From Spirochaetales bacterium (GTDB lineage: Bacteria; Spirochaetota; Spirochaetia; SZUA-6; JAFGRV01), in the NCBI GenBank assembly GCA_016930085.1, contig JAFGHO010000008.1, positions 32,146 to 96,145 of the forward strand: a DNA stretch of 64,000 nucleotides, written 5' to 3'. Both the position numbers and the translations under genes were made by a program. The notes below the pieces were generated by a model. It did not search any database. It was not told where the DNA came from and saw only the letters and a list, made by a program, of their open reading frames with translations. This document shows, in pieces, positions 54,937 through 64,000 of this stretch. Numbering within the stretch: position 1 is the first letter of the stretch; each line of letters starts with the position of its first letter.

Positions 54937-56042
54937 AAAGGTTTTCCGTAATATGCATATTCATCATGTTTTTTTCCCTGTTTGCGTCAGGCGAAGAATC
55001 GCTTCTCGAAAAGGCACGACGATTAGCGGGCGAAAACAAAATAGAGGAGGCCGTTCCGCTCTACAGGCAATGGTTTGAAAAATGGCTTGAGGAACACCGG
55101 GATGATGAGCCCGTCGTCGATGTCGTTGCCGAATATATACGCATTGAAAACGAACCTGCTTTCTTCGTTTCGACACTGGTTCCGGTTATCCCGCATATAC
55201 AAAAGGCTTCATTACGTTCCGGGTTGACCGCCGTCTGTGCGCTGGTCATGGAACTGGGCGGAAATACCGAAGAAGCGGTTCGCTACTATATCAAAGCCGC
55301 AAACTCAGCAAACGACGATAAAAAATCGGACTACCTCCTGAATGCGGCAGAACTTATTTTTGAACAGGGGGACTTCGAGAGAACGAAGGAACTCCTTACT
55401 CCCGTGATGGCTCAAAAGGGAAAGTCCGATGTTCGGGGCCGCGCGGCATGTCTTTATGCGAGAAGCCTTTTTGCGGCCGGAAACACAGAGGAAGCCGAAC
55501 GCTATTACAGAATCATCATGGTCGAAAATAAGGATTCGGAAGCGTATCCGCAGATACTGCTGGGGTATTGCGAACTCTGTTTCGTAACGGGGAAAAAAGA
55601 AAAAGCACTGGAAATATATGAACTGTTACGTCGATCATACTCCGGATCTCCCGAATATTACTGCGCCGGACAATTAATCGAAAGGACGGAATCCTTGATT
55701 GAAAGCTTTCCGGGACCCTCGAGTTATTTTCTCCCATATACCTCGATAGAGCAGGAAGTTAAAAAGACGGGCAGTGAAGACGATCATTCGGAAAATCCGC
55801 CTTCATTCGATGAAAACGCTCCGCTTTTTATCCAGACCGGTTCGTATGTCATGAAGGATAACGCGTTGGAAATGGTTAAGGAACTCGAATCACATTCATT
55901 CAAAGCCGTCATTATAGAAAAATTAATCGGAGAGACACGATATTACCGTGTTGTCATCGAAGTAAAAAAAGGCGAGATCTCAAACGATATTGTTCTCCGT
56001 TTGAAAGAGGCGGGGTACGAAGGATTCCTTGTTTCACAATAA
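54933..56042 (+). CDS. TPR-like repeat protein with C-terminal SPOR domain
   Basis: Signal peptide, helical repeat region, and a C-terminal FIQTGSYVMKDNALEMVKELESHSFKAVIIEK..ETRYYRVVI typical of SPOR peptidoglycan-binding domains. Confidence 0.65.
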   Translation: MKRFSVICIFIMFFSLFASGEESLLEKARRLAGENKIEEAVPLYRQWFEKWLEEHRDDEPVVDVVAEYIRIENEPAFFVSTLVPVIPHIQKASLRSGLTAVCALVMELGGNTEEAVRYYIKAANSANDDKKSDYLLNAAELIFEQGDFERTKELLTPVMAQKGKSDVRGRAACLYARSLFAAGNTEEAERYYRIIMVENKDSEAYPQILLGYCELCFVTGKKEKALEIYELLRRSYSGSPEYYCAGQLIERTESLIESFPGPSSYFLPYTSIEQEVKKTGSEDDHSENPPSFDENAPLFIQTGSYVMKDNALEMVKELESHSFKAVIIEKLIGETRYYRVVIEVKKGEISNDIVLRLKEAGYEGFLVSQ

Positions 56043-56068
56043 CAGTCGTTATTGTAAAAAAACGGCTG

Positions 56069-57832
56069 TTATTCCTTTTCAATATGCTGTACGAGCCTGA
56101 ATGAATCCTGGGAAACCGCTTCAATGCCATTCACCAATAATCGAGCCGGGGTAAAAACGATTACTTTCTTGATACTATTTCCGTCTATCCCCTCCTGTAC
56201 TACGTATTCGAGAAGATAATTTTCGACCCTGTCGATCAGTCCGTTTTCTTTCAATATCTTGAAGGAAATGACGCTTATCGCGTATTCCCGAAAACCTTTA
56301 TAGCCGGTTGAAACAAACAACTTCCATAATTCGGTTTTATCGGTACTGTCAATATTCGGCTTTACGAGATAATTTTTCGAGGCTTTATCAAAGAGATATG
56401 ATTGTTTAAAAAGTAATCTTCCCGTCTGTGACGATATCTTTTTTATCAAATCATCATAAGCCTGCTCGTCAAGTTCATCCGGTATATTCTGAAAATGTTT
56501 CTGGTAATAAAAATCATTGATGACGGGGACATTGTTCAAAACGGCGAATCCGCCGGAATAATCCGTCATTGAATCATTCGATTCGTCAGTCCAGGTAAAA
56601 TAAGGGGGCTCGAATATAATCTGAATACTTTTATCCTCGCCGGGAAACTCCTCTTCAAAAATACCGGAAAGCTGAACTTCGGACGGCTTCACAACGACTG
56701 ATTCCTTGCTGTAAAGGCTTTCCTGTAATTCTTCCTTGACCTTGACATAATCTCCGGCCCAGAAATCATCGGACATTGAAATGTTTATGGAACTGAGCGA
56801 TTTACAGGTGATATTCAGCGTCAATTTAATCGAGCGGACCAGGATGTTTCTGATCATGAGAAGCATGAGGTAACTGCTTCGCCGTGAAGAATAATCCCAG
56901 CTGTAAACTTCCTGTGCGTTATCCGAATAAAAAACGATTTGTTGTTCATCGGGGAAAAAGAGAATCATTTGCGAAATATCTTTCTTATTATACCACGCCC
57001 CTTCGAGATATTCTTCAAATACAGCCGTCCCGCTGCTTGATAAAAGCTCCCTGAATTTCTTGTCTTCGATAATATCTCCGGGAATTCTTTCCGAGGGGGG
57101 GATGAACTCGTACTTGTTACTCGCATATACCCATTGATATGTTTCCCTGATAAGGTCGTTCGCGTTTCCGGAATCCTTGTCCGTCCGTTCGATGACGATC
57201 GGAAAACTTTCACCTGTTTTTTGCCCGAGTTCATACGATGCCGACCGCTTTTTTCGTTGAATGGTGATTGTCCCGTTTGAAACAAGCCGGCAGATCGGTA
57301 CAAAATAGAGCCCCGGATGTGAGGGCGATGGGGTTCGCCGGAAAACATCCAGTGTGACATCCTTGTTGTTCATGCCGCTGAAAACGATTTCCTTGCTGTA
57401 ATCCCCTACAATATCGATACATTCGAGGTCAAAAACACGATGGTTGGTGGCATTGGTAAAGGATTCCCATGAACGGACGTATGTGTTTCGAACTTCGTCA
57501 AACTCCACAACGACCAGTTTTATGAACAGTTCCGGATCATCGACTATCTTGATGATAAGTATCTGTTCATCGATGATATCGAGGTCAAGATTCACATTGA
57601 TTGTCTGAAGAAGGAATTCGTTTTTTGCAAGCGGTACTTTTGACTGAAGGTCAGCGGAAAGGGAATCGTCCCCTTCGGAAAAAAGAGAATCCGCATAGAG
57701 CGTGTCTCCGGTTTCCCGTGTCGAAACACCGGGAATATCCGCCTCCGTCGAATCGATATCGGGAATCCTCGGTGCACATGCCGGTCCCAGGAGTACACAC
57801 AAGAGAATGACAAAAGGAATTTTATTTTTCAT
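56069..57832 (-). CDS. hypothetical lipoprotein (587 aa)
   Basis: Signal peptide with a Cys lipobox-like LLGPAC. No recognised catalytic motif. It is the last gene of a three-gene overlapping operon. Confidence 0.6.
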   Translation of the reverse strand: MKNKIPFVILLCVLLGPACAPRIPDIDSTEADIPGVSTRETGDTLYADSLFSEGDDSLSADLQSKVPLAKNEFLLQTINVNLDLDIIDEQILIIKIVDDPELFIKLVVVEFDEVRNTYVRSWESFTNATNHRVFDLECIDIVGDYSKEIVFSGMNNKDVTLDVFRRTPSPSHPGLYFVPICRLVSNGTITIQRKKRSASYELGQKTGESFPIVIERTDKDSGNANDLIRETYQWVYASNKYEFIPPSERIPGDIIEDKKFRELLSSSGTAVFEEYLEGAWYNKKDISQMILFFPDEQQIVFYSDNAQEVYSWDYSSRRSSYLMLLMIRNILVRSIKLTLNITCKSLSSINISMSDDFWAGDYVKVKEELQESLYSKESVVVKPSEVQLSGIFEEEFPGEDKSIQIIFEPPYFTWTDESNDSMTDYSGGFAVLNNVPVINDFYYQKHFQNIPDELDEQAYDDLIKKISSQTGRLLFKQSYLFDKASKNYLVKPNIDSTDKTELWKLFVSTGYKGFREYAISVISFKILKENGLIDRVENYLLEYVVQEGIDGNSIKKVIVFTPARLLVNGIEAVSQDSFRLVQHIEKE

Positions 57833-58818
57833 GATTCGTCTTTCTTAAAATATACGGTTAGCATGGAAAGAACTTCCCGGCGAATATCGGCAATCGGACG
57901 GGTGAATTTGAATCCGGCCGCGTTTTTGTGCCCGCCGCCCCCGAAGTGCTGCGCTATTTTACACACGTCGATATCGCCTTTTGAGCGGAGTGAACATCGT
58001 GTCACCCCTTTCAGGTCCTGTTTGATAAACATGGATACCTTGACGTCCTTTGCCTTGAGGGGGATATTGATAATCGCCCGGGATTCCTCAAAGGAAGCTC
58101 CGGTATTGATTATCGTATCCTTGAGCATGGTCTGAATGGCGACATGGTTATTTATTTTCAGTTCAAGCGAACTGAGTACCTTCGACTGGAGAATGATCGA
58201 GGGGATTGAATCGGTTTCATAGACCTGGGTATAGATTTCATTCGGATTGACGCCGATTTTCACGAGTTCATGGGCGATTTTAAAAGTGAGTGATGACGTT
58301 TTCGGATAGATAAAGGAGCCCGTATCATAGACGATTGCCATGTAAAGTGCGTTTGCCATCGGCAGGTCGATCGGTATTTTACTTTTTTTGATGAACTGAT
58401 AAATGATTTCCGCCGTCGAAGAGGCATTTTTTGCGATGACAAAATTACATTGGCTATCATCGTCGCTGTCATGATGGTCGATGATAAAAAACTCTTTCAC
58501 ATGCGGGAGAATGTATGTCGAAATATCGCCGATATTGTTCGTGTCGTTTGTGTCGAGGATAAAAAGGGTGAAATCCTCGAGACCCCGTGGAAGATTTTTT
58601 TCTCCGCTGAAGTAGCCGATTTCATTTGTCACATCGACGAATTTGAAATTGAACGGGGTAGGGTCATTATTAATAATATATGCCTGTTTACCCAATTTTT
58701 TTAATACAAGAAGAAAGGCGTATTCACTGCCGATTGCATCTCCGTCAGGACTTTCATGCGCGCAAATAATAAACTTGTCATTTTTTTCGATACATTCGAT
58801 CAACGTTTTGAAATTCAT
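57829..58818 (-). CDS. nrnA: DHH/DHHA1 phosphoesterase (NrnA-like oligoribonuclease / pAp phosphatase)
   Basis: Motifs are ICAHESPDGDAIGS, FIIDHHDSD and FGGGGHKNAAGF. Confidence 0.8.
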   Translation of the reverse strand: MNFKTLIECIEKNDKFIICAHESPDGDAIGSEYAFLLVLKKLGKQAYIINNDPTPFNFKFVDVTNEIGYFSGEKNLPRGLEDFTLFILDTNDTNNIGDISTYILPHVKEFFIIDHHDSDDDSQCNFVIAKNASSTAEIIYQFIKKSKIPIDLPMANALYMAIVYDTGSFIYPKTSSLTFKIAHELVKIGVNPNEIYTQVYETDSIPSIILQSKVLSSLELKINNHVAIQTMLKDTIINTGASFEESRAIINIPLKAKDVKVSMFIKQDLKGVTRCSLRSKGDIDVCKIAQHFGGGGHKNAAGFKFTRPIADIRREVLSMLTVYFKKDES

Positions 58819-59972
58819 GATTGGCTGTTCTCCATATCTCTCCCAATATATATACTTGAACCTTTTTTTAGAATTTGCAAATTTTTTAATTCCTTTAACG
58901 GGTATTCCGGCCCAAGAAACACTCCCGGCTCGATGGTAAATCCACGGGGAAGCCTTCCGTTAGTTCCGATTAACGTCAGCCCCCTGCGGATATGTTCTGG
59001 AAATGAGGAGTTTTTTATCGATGAGGGACATCCGCCGATAGTACAACATTCGGGTATATTGAAGGCGGCGGTTTTGAAATCGTCCTGGAACGGAAATATA
59101 ATGGCATTGCGAATCTGTGTATTTTTACCGATTCTGTTGTTATTCATAATTACGGAGTTGATGACTTTAGCATTCTTTTGAACGACGACATTGGAAAAAA
59201 CAATTGAGTTTTCAATATATCCGTCTATCTCGACCCCCTGGGAAATATAGGAGTTTTTGATACAGCCGGACTCTCCGACATACATCCCTTTCCCGTCATG
59301 GTTCAGATTCGACTGCCTTAGTAAAAACTCCGTCACATCTGTCTGTCTCATGTTGTTTAAAAGCCAGAGATTCCCCTCATACATCTCCATTATGCGATTA
59401 TGAAACAAAACCTGGCCGGAAACATTTTCCATCCGTTCGAATTGCTGTTCCAGTATCGCGTCAAAAAGACGGGAAAGTGGGGTGAGGGATCTTTTTTTTG
59501 TTCCTCCGAATGACCGGACAAGACGCAGCAGGTCTTTACGCTTTACGAGAAACAGGTTGAGGGGCACATTGTCGATCGTCACTTTGGTGATATTGTCATC
59601 CGATTCATCGAGTAAACGGAGGATCTCCCTGCCGTTGAACAGTGCTATATAAGTAGGGGATGTGACGATGATATGAGAGGATGTATCGGTTGAGAGAAGC
59701 CTTATAAAATCTTCTGTTTCGTCGGCGAGTACCTCGATATAATCGATCTGGTGTTTCCATTTTGCCGAAACGGCCGTTACAATCGTTTTGAAGTTCCCGG
59801 GGATTAACAGATAAACGGTTATTGTCGATTTCAGGGCGAGATAAGAGCAGATGAAATCAAGAAAAAAGTAATTCCCCCAGAAAGGAAATATTGAGGAGGC
59901 GGTATCTTTTCTGAATCCCGGTAAATCTTGTGAAAATCCTGTCTCTATTATATAAAGTGAATAAGAACCCAT
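58815..59972 (-). CDS. degenerate sugar-phosphate nucleotidyltransferase-like protein with C-terminal left-handed beta-helix (GlgC/GlgD-like)
   Basis: The N-terminus FPFWGNYFFLDFICSYL resembles the GlgC 'fgG.yriIDF.lsn' block, but the Gly-rich NTP loop is missing. C-terminal hexapeptide repeats include SYISQGVEIDGYIENSIVFSNVVVQKNAKVINSVIMNNNRIG. Confidence 0.55.
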   Translation of the reverse strand: MGSYSLYIIETGFSQDLPGFRKDTASSIFPFWGNYFFLDFICSYLALKSTITVYLLIPGNFKTIVTAVSAKWKHQIDYIEVLADETEDFIRLLSTDTSSHIIVTSPTYIALFNGREILRLLDESDDNITKVTIDNVPLNLFLVKRKDLLRLVRSFGGTKKRSLTPLSRLFDAILEQQFERMENVSGQVLFHNRIMEMYEGNLWLLNNMRQTDVTEFLLRQSNLNHDGKGMYVGESGCIKNSYISQGVEIDGYIENSIVFSNVVVQKNAKVINSVIMNNNRIGKNTQIRNAIIFPFQDDFKTAAFNIPECCTIGGCPSSIKNSSFPEHIRRGLTLIGTNGRLPRGFTIEPGVFLGPEYPLKELKNLQILKKGSSIYIGRDMENSQS

Positions 59973-59998
59973 CGAATATTCCCCTTTTTATCAGGAAT

Positions 59999-60027
59999 AA
60001 TATACCATTGCAAAGGAATTGTCTCAA
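59999..60027 (-). promoter_or_regulatory. sigma70-like promoter of the nucleotidyltransferase-nrnA-lipoprotein operon
   Basis: On the minus strand: ttgaga (60027-60022), a 17-nt spacer, then tatatt (60004-59999). An aaaagggg RBS precedes the ATG at 59972. Confidence 0.4.
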
Positions 60028-60386
60028 TATTATCTTCGTTTTATTGCGTATACGACCACAATACCGATATCCACCGGCAAAAGACCAGTTCATACGATTG
60101 TGATGACATAGGCTTAACCCTGATTTCTTATCGTATATGTTTTCGCTTTTACGGCCTTATTCACAATAGATACGTGTCCTTCAGGAAGCGACATCCCGAA
60201 AGCCGAACGTTTACCAAAGCATTCGTCCAGGCTTTTAAAGAAAGCTTATACATTACACGACAGATATCTGTTTCTTCGTTCGACGTGTCTGTTGCCTGTG
60301 TGAGTATCCTTTTACGTATCTCACATTACCTCTGAAACGTTACCTGTTTGAGAGAAAACAGCATCATCAGTTAAAACAAGGATACC

Positions 60387-61823
60387 TCATGTAATTTCAA
60401 TAAACTTTACATGGTACTTTTTACCGCTTTCGGTAATGATTCTGATTGTATTTTCAAGGACATTTTCCGGAATATCCTTTGGCTCCACGAAATAAGTCTC
60501 TTTGATGACAAACAGTTTTAGATCCTCAGCGGCCACCGATAATTTAGCAAAACTTTTCGGGGTTTTCACATCCGTAACCCGTATAAAATCAAGGCTTTCA
60601 GACATATAAAGCTGTTTATTTTTCGTTATCTTGAAGACATCTTTTCCCTTTGGAATCGGCATTTCTTCAACAAGTACCCTGAACTTAATCGGATGGCCCT
60701 GCGCAATTTTGTAGATACCGAAAATCGCAAGGATGATAATAATAAGTGCCGCTAAAATAATAAGGGGAATAAGCCATGGATTGTCTTCAAAAGCATTATT
60801 GACATGGAGTGTAACCCCGAGCGGTGTTTTAAAAGTATCTTTACCGGAAAATGTAAACTCGAGCGTACCCGAATAGGTGCCGGGTTCAATTTTCTTTTTT
60901 CCGTTAATATCATTTTTTGCGTCCACCTTGATCGAGAGAAGGTCTTCACCTTCCTTTACAAGGTTTTGTGCAAAAGTACCCGGCAGTATATTGTCAAAGG
61001 TTTCGGCCGATGTCAAAAGCGAAATCTTTTCAATAACGATGTTCGGCGGTTCAGGATATTTGACGGCCAATGGTAGGGTAAGTGTTCCCTTTCCTTTGGA
61101 ACTCAATACCAGCGGTTTCATTTTTTCCTGAATCACTTCGATAAAACCGAATAATTCTGCGGACTGATCGATTTCATCCGGTGTCGCCCCTTCCTTTATC
61201 GATTTTATCTGGATGTTTTCGTCATCTTCGAAAATATCGAAGCCGGTATCACCGCCGATTACAAGAACCAGGACCTTCCAGTTCGGGAATACCTCGAGTT
61301 CGGTGATATCATCCGTAAACTCGTGAACGAGTTTGCCGTCCGGCCGGAAGTATTGACTCGACGGGGGGGGTTCGTTTATGCCGTCCGTGATAACGAGAAA
61401 GCTTTTCCTTCTGTTATTATAGTAGCGTTCGTTCAATTCATCACTCAACCGGTCGAAGGCATTTCCGATGTCAGTCCACGACCCATTCGCATTGATACCG
61501 TCGATAACCCGCTTGACCGCCGCCTTGTCTTCTTCCGAATGAATTGTCCGCGCTATCGCAACTTCAGATTTTTGATAAAACGGTATCAACAAAAAATAAT
61601 CATCCACTTTCAGGTAAGTATCGACGATTTTGTCCTTCAGGTATGTTTTTACTGCCTCAATTTCCTCTTCCATTGAGAGGGACTTATCAAGGGCTATAAT
61701 AAGGTCGATAGGATAATCCCTTTCGTCGGAACGGTCATCCTGGGCATACAACTGCATTAAAGAACCCGCGGTTATGAGGAAAAATCCTAGTGTTATAATG
61801 AAAAAACACGCTTTTCGTATCAT
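60387..61823 (-). CDS. von Willebrand factor A (VWA) domain membrane protein
   Basis: Signal/TM segment, then the MIDAS motif DLIIALDKSLSM and FLVITDGINEPP. A mid-protein TM helix (LIPLIILAALIIIILAIFGIY) and a cytoplasmic tail follow. The ATG at 61823 has a gagggagg RBS. Confidence 0.75.
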   Translation of the reverse strand: MIRKACFFIITLGFFLITAGSLMQLYAQDDRSDERDYPIDLIIALDKSLSMEEEIEAVKTYLKDKIVDTYLKVDDYFLLIPFYQKSEVAIARTIHSEEDKAAVKRVIDGINANGSWTDIGNAFDRLSDELNERYYNNRRKSFLVITDGINEPPPSSQYFRPDGKLVHEFTDDITELEVFPNWKVLVLVIGGDTGFDIFEDDENIQIKSIKEGATPDEIDQSAELFGFIEVIQEKMKPLVLSSKGKGTLTLPLAVKYPEPPNIVIEKISLLTSAETFDNILPGTFAQNLVKEGEDLLSIKVDAKNDINGKKKIEPGTYSGTLEFTFSGKDTFKTPLGVTLHVNNAFEDNPWLIPLIILAALIIIILAIFGIYKIAQGHPIKFRVLVEEMPIPKGKDVFKITKNKQLYMSESLDFIRVTDVKTPKSFAKLSVAAEDLKLFVIKETYFVEPKDIPENVLENTIRIITESGKKYHVKFIEIT

Positions 61824-61965
61824 TATTCTATACCTCCCTCTATATACTACTAACAATGCACTATATTTAATGAAATTGGAAGTAAAAAAAATAAAAAAAA
61901 TTGCTTTACATTATAAGCATTTTTCTAATAGAATAAAGGAGAATCCAAAATAAAGGAGAGATATT

Positions 61966-63993
61966 ATGGGAGCAGTCGATTTACCCAAAAGTCCTAATGT
62001 TTTTCATCCGGAAAAGCCAAGTGCCGTCGGTTCACGTAATTCTTTGGCCCAGGAGTTTCGTGATCAGCAGGCGGAGGTTGATCTTCTTTTAAGTGAAGAA
62101 GTCGATAAGGTAATGAACCATCTTGCATCAAAACTTCCAAAAGAGGTTTTGGAGCGTGTTGATATCATGGGTGGTATAAAGGAGAAACTTTTCAATTACT
62201 TCAATCAAAATTACCAGAACATGTTCAACAGGTACCTGACGACGTCGGAAGATGAAATGGTCAAAAAGGTGCGTAATTTCGTGGATAAGGAAGAGATGAA
62301 AGCCCTTGCCCGTTATACGCCGAAAGAGATCGCCGCCTTGCTTGATCAGATCGGCGGTATTGACAAATTCAATACCGGTGAGATCGAGAAATCAATAGTC
62401 AACATGTACGGGCACCTTCAGGGCCACCTCCAGCGGGGTGTCAATGATCTCGAAAACCTTACCAATTCAATCCTCAGGCAAAAAACGGATGTCGGTGCGT
62501 TTATCAGAGGTGAAAACGCGTACTCGATCGTCAAGTGCGGTTTCAAGGATAATATTTTCAAGCCGAAAACCGTCACTGACGTCAAACTTTCGGTCAATAT
62601 TTTAGACTCGGAACTGATAAGTCCTATCTTTCACTATCAGGTAACCGTCGAGTTTCTCATCAAAGACCTCATTTCCAAACACATCATGGATGCCATCGAT
62701 AAAGAAATCGAGAAACTCAAGGATCAGCTTGTCGATGAAGGCAAGGAAGAATTGACGGATAGTGAAATCATTTTCCAGAAAATGAAAAAAGTGGACAATT
62801 ATACGGACGACGATATTGAAAATCCAAAATCTAAGCGATACAGTCTCATCGGAAAACATTTAATCGATAGAATTGAAGGATTACGGGCAGAAATAGACCC
62901 TGATGAGTTCGATCCGCTCAATATCAGGGAAAACCTGAAAAAAATTATCGATCTGGAAAACATAAGGAACAGGGGATTCAATACAGCAATCAATTCAATT
63001 ACATCAATTCTCGACACATCAAAGATGGGGTATCAGTATATCGAGAATATGAAGAACTCGAGAGAGCTTATATTGCGCGAATACGAAGATACGGATACGA
63101 AAAATCTGCCGGACGAACGATTCAAGATAAAAATGAAGTATTATGACAATGCGCAGCTTATCGAAGAAAGAAAAGCCTACGATGTCCAGATCAAATCGTT
63201 TGAGATCGAGGTACAGCATTTATGGGACGTTTTGGAAGTGGTGTACGAAGATTCCAAATTCCTCAAGGGAGTCGTCGATTTCAAGGATCTTGCGAAAAAA
63301 TACAAGAACAAGATCAGACGAAGGATAAAAACCAAAACAGGCGATCCACTTTATGAAGACATCGACAAGGTCTGGGATGAAATCAGTTTCATAAAGGCGG
63401 CGGACACGGATGTCGAACGCATGAACAGAACGTACATATTCGAAAAGGACAAAATAAAGGACAGAATGATCATGATGCGCGATAAACTCAAAAATATGTA
63501 TGAATATCGATATCCGAAATACAGGCGTGTTATGGAAGAACGGCTTGCTTTTCTCGAAAGCGAATTCCAGACATTCGACTACCTCATCAATCCCTATCAT
63601 ATCCAGCCCGGACTTCTTCTTGACGTCGACATCACCTCGATCAAGAAAAAGAAAGCCACGCTCGATGGTATGGCAAACGTTTTGAACGAGTTTCTCCATG
63701 GTGTTTCCAAAGGATTTCAGGATGCCGCATTCGCATCATTCTCGAGAAGAAGATCGACGGTAAGAGACGATATTTCACAATCATTTATGTCGGGTGAAGG
63801 GTATGAAGCTGAAACGAGTTCCACGGAAGATACAAGTTATTTCGGAATGATTCAGACCGAAACCTCGGAACACGAGCAGGTCAAAAAATCAACTCCCAGA
63901 AGAAGCACATCAAAAAAAGGACTCGTGGATTCCTCACGACAAAAAAGCAGGAAGCGACGCGGGAGGAATAAATCGGGATTAACAGAGATATAA
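61966..63993 (+). CDS. 675-aa coiled-coil protein, possible cytoplasmic filament protein CfpA homologue
   Basis: Long charged, heptad-rich protein without TM helices. Its size matches the ~78-kDa treponemal CfpA as I remember it, and it is adjacent to a VWA gene as near T. pallidum cfpA. An aaaggagag RBS is present. I did not recognise the sequence itself. Confidence 0.45.
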   Translation: MGAVDLPKSPNVFHPEKPSAVGSRNSLAQEFRDQQAEVDLLLSEEVDKVMNHLASKLPKEVLERVDIMGGIKEKLFNYFNQNYQNMFNRYLTTSEDEMVKKVRNFVDKEEMKALARYTPKEIAALLDQIGGIDKFNTGEIEKSIVNMYGHLQGHLQRGVNDLENLTNSILRQKTDVGAFIRGENAYSIVKCGFKDNIFKPKTVTDVKLSVNILDSELISPIFHYQVTVEFLIKDLISKHIMDAIDKEIEKLKDQLVDEGKEELTDSEIIFQKMKKVDNYTDDDIENPKSKRYSLIGKHLIDRIEGLRAEIDPDEFDPLNIRENLKKIIDLENIRNRGFNTAINSITSILDTSKMGYQYIENMKNSRELILREYEDTDTKNLPDERFKIKMKYYDNAQLIEERKAYDVQIKSFEIEVQHLWDVLEVVYEDSKFLKGVVDFKDLAKKYKNKIRRRIKTKTGDPLYEDIDKVWDEISFIKAADTDVERMNRTYIFEKDKIKDRMIMMRDKLKNMYEYRYPKYRRVMEERLAFLESEFQTFDYLINPYHIQPGLLLDVDITSIKKKKATLDGMANVLNEFLHGVSKGFQDAAFASFSRRRSTVRDDISQSFMSGEGYEAETSSTEDTSYFGMIQTETSEHEQVKKSTPRRSTSKKGLVDSSRQKSRKRRGRNKSGLTEI

Positions 63994-64000
63994 TTCAGTG

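Noticed and set aside
60030-60386. SRP RNA, RNase P RNA or 6S RNA in the long spacer
   Set aside because: The conserved cores are not present on either strand (SRP domain IV ggtccggaaggaagcagc; RNase P P4 gaggaaagtcc).

Overview
The 64-kb window is a chromosomal segment that looks like a spirochaete, probably Treponema-like. The evidence is a clear FlaA flagellar sheath protein, an amidase/GerMN/flaA arrangement, a radical SAM/SPASM enzyme of the type I recall as 'spiro-SPASM', and a 675-aa coiled-coil protein next to a VWA protein (possible cfpA neighbourhood).

I support about 47 protein genes, one tRNA(CAU), and several sigma70-like promoters and intrinsic terminators. I saw no rRNA, CRISPR array, transposase, integrase or prophage genes.

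Gene content from left to right:
- CotH-like gene fragment
- RND permease plus TolC-like outer membrane factor, with no adaptor gene
- visibly AT-rich island (about 5.6-8.2 kb) with two orphan ORFs and purN bracketed by a 28-nt inverted repeat
- CUT1-type sugar ABC uptake operon
- fused pyrF-pyrE
- DUF401-like membrane protein
- convergent PEGA-domain pair, one fused to an HtrA-like protease
- K+ channel followed by a stand-alone cNMP-binding protein
- rlmI and a DUF192 gene
- dockerin-GH53 galactanase
- YD-like repeat lipoprotein
- GT39/PMT-type glycosyltransferase carrying CBM-like and discoidin-like modules
- two orphan genes
- GC-rich unit of about 310 nt with a promoter and a terminator (candidate leader RNA or micropeptide)
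- second dockerin protein
- xseAB and a DUF1015 gene
- six-gene translationally coupled block (radical SAM/SPASM, GT2-like, cytidylyltransferase-PseG-like-methyltransferase fusion, ATP-grasp, amidase, GerMN-like) directly upstream of flaA
- tRNA
- sensor kinase, PAS-PP2C-TPR phosphatase and an LCP protein
- miaB, a LapA-like gene and a TPR-SPOR gene
- lipoprotein, nrnA-like and degenerate nucleotidyltransferase operon
- VWA protein and the CfpA-like protein

The best candidate for an undescribed system is the SPASM/glycan-tailoring/ATP-grasp/amidase block next to flaA. The second is the structured GC-rich leader at 31.8-32.2 kb.

All family assignments come from motif recognition by eye. No database search or numerical computation was run.
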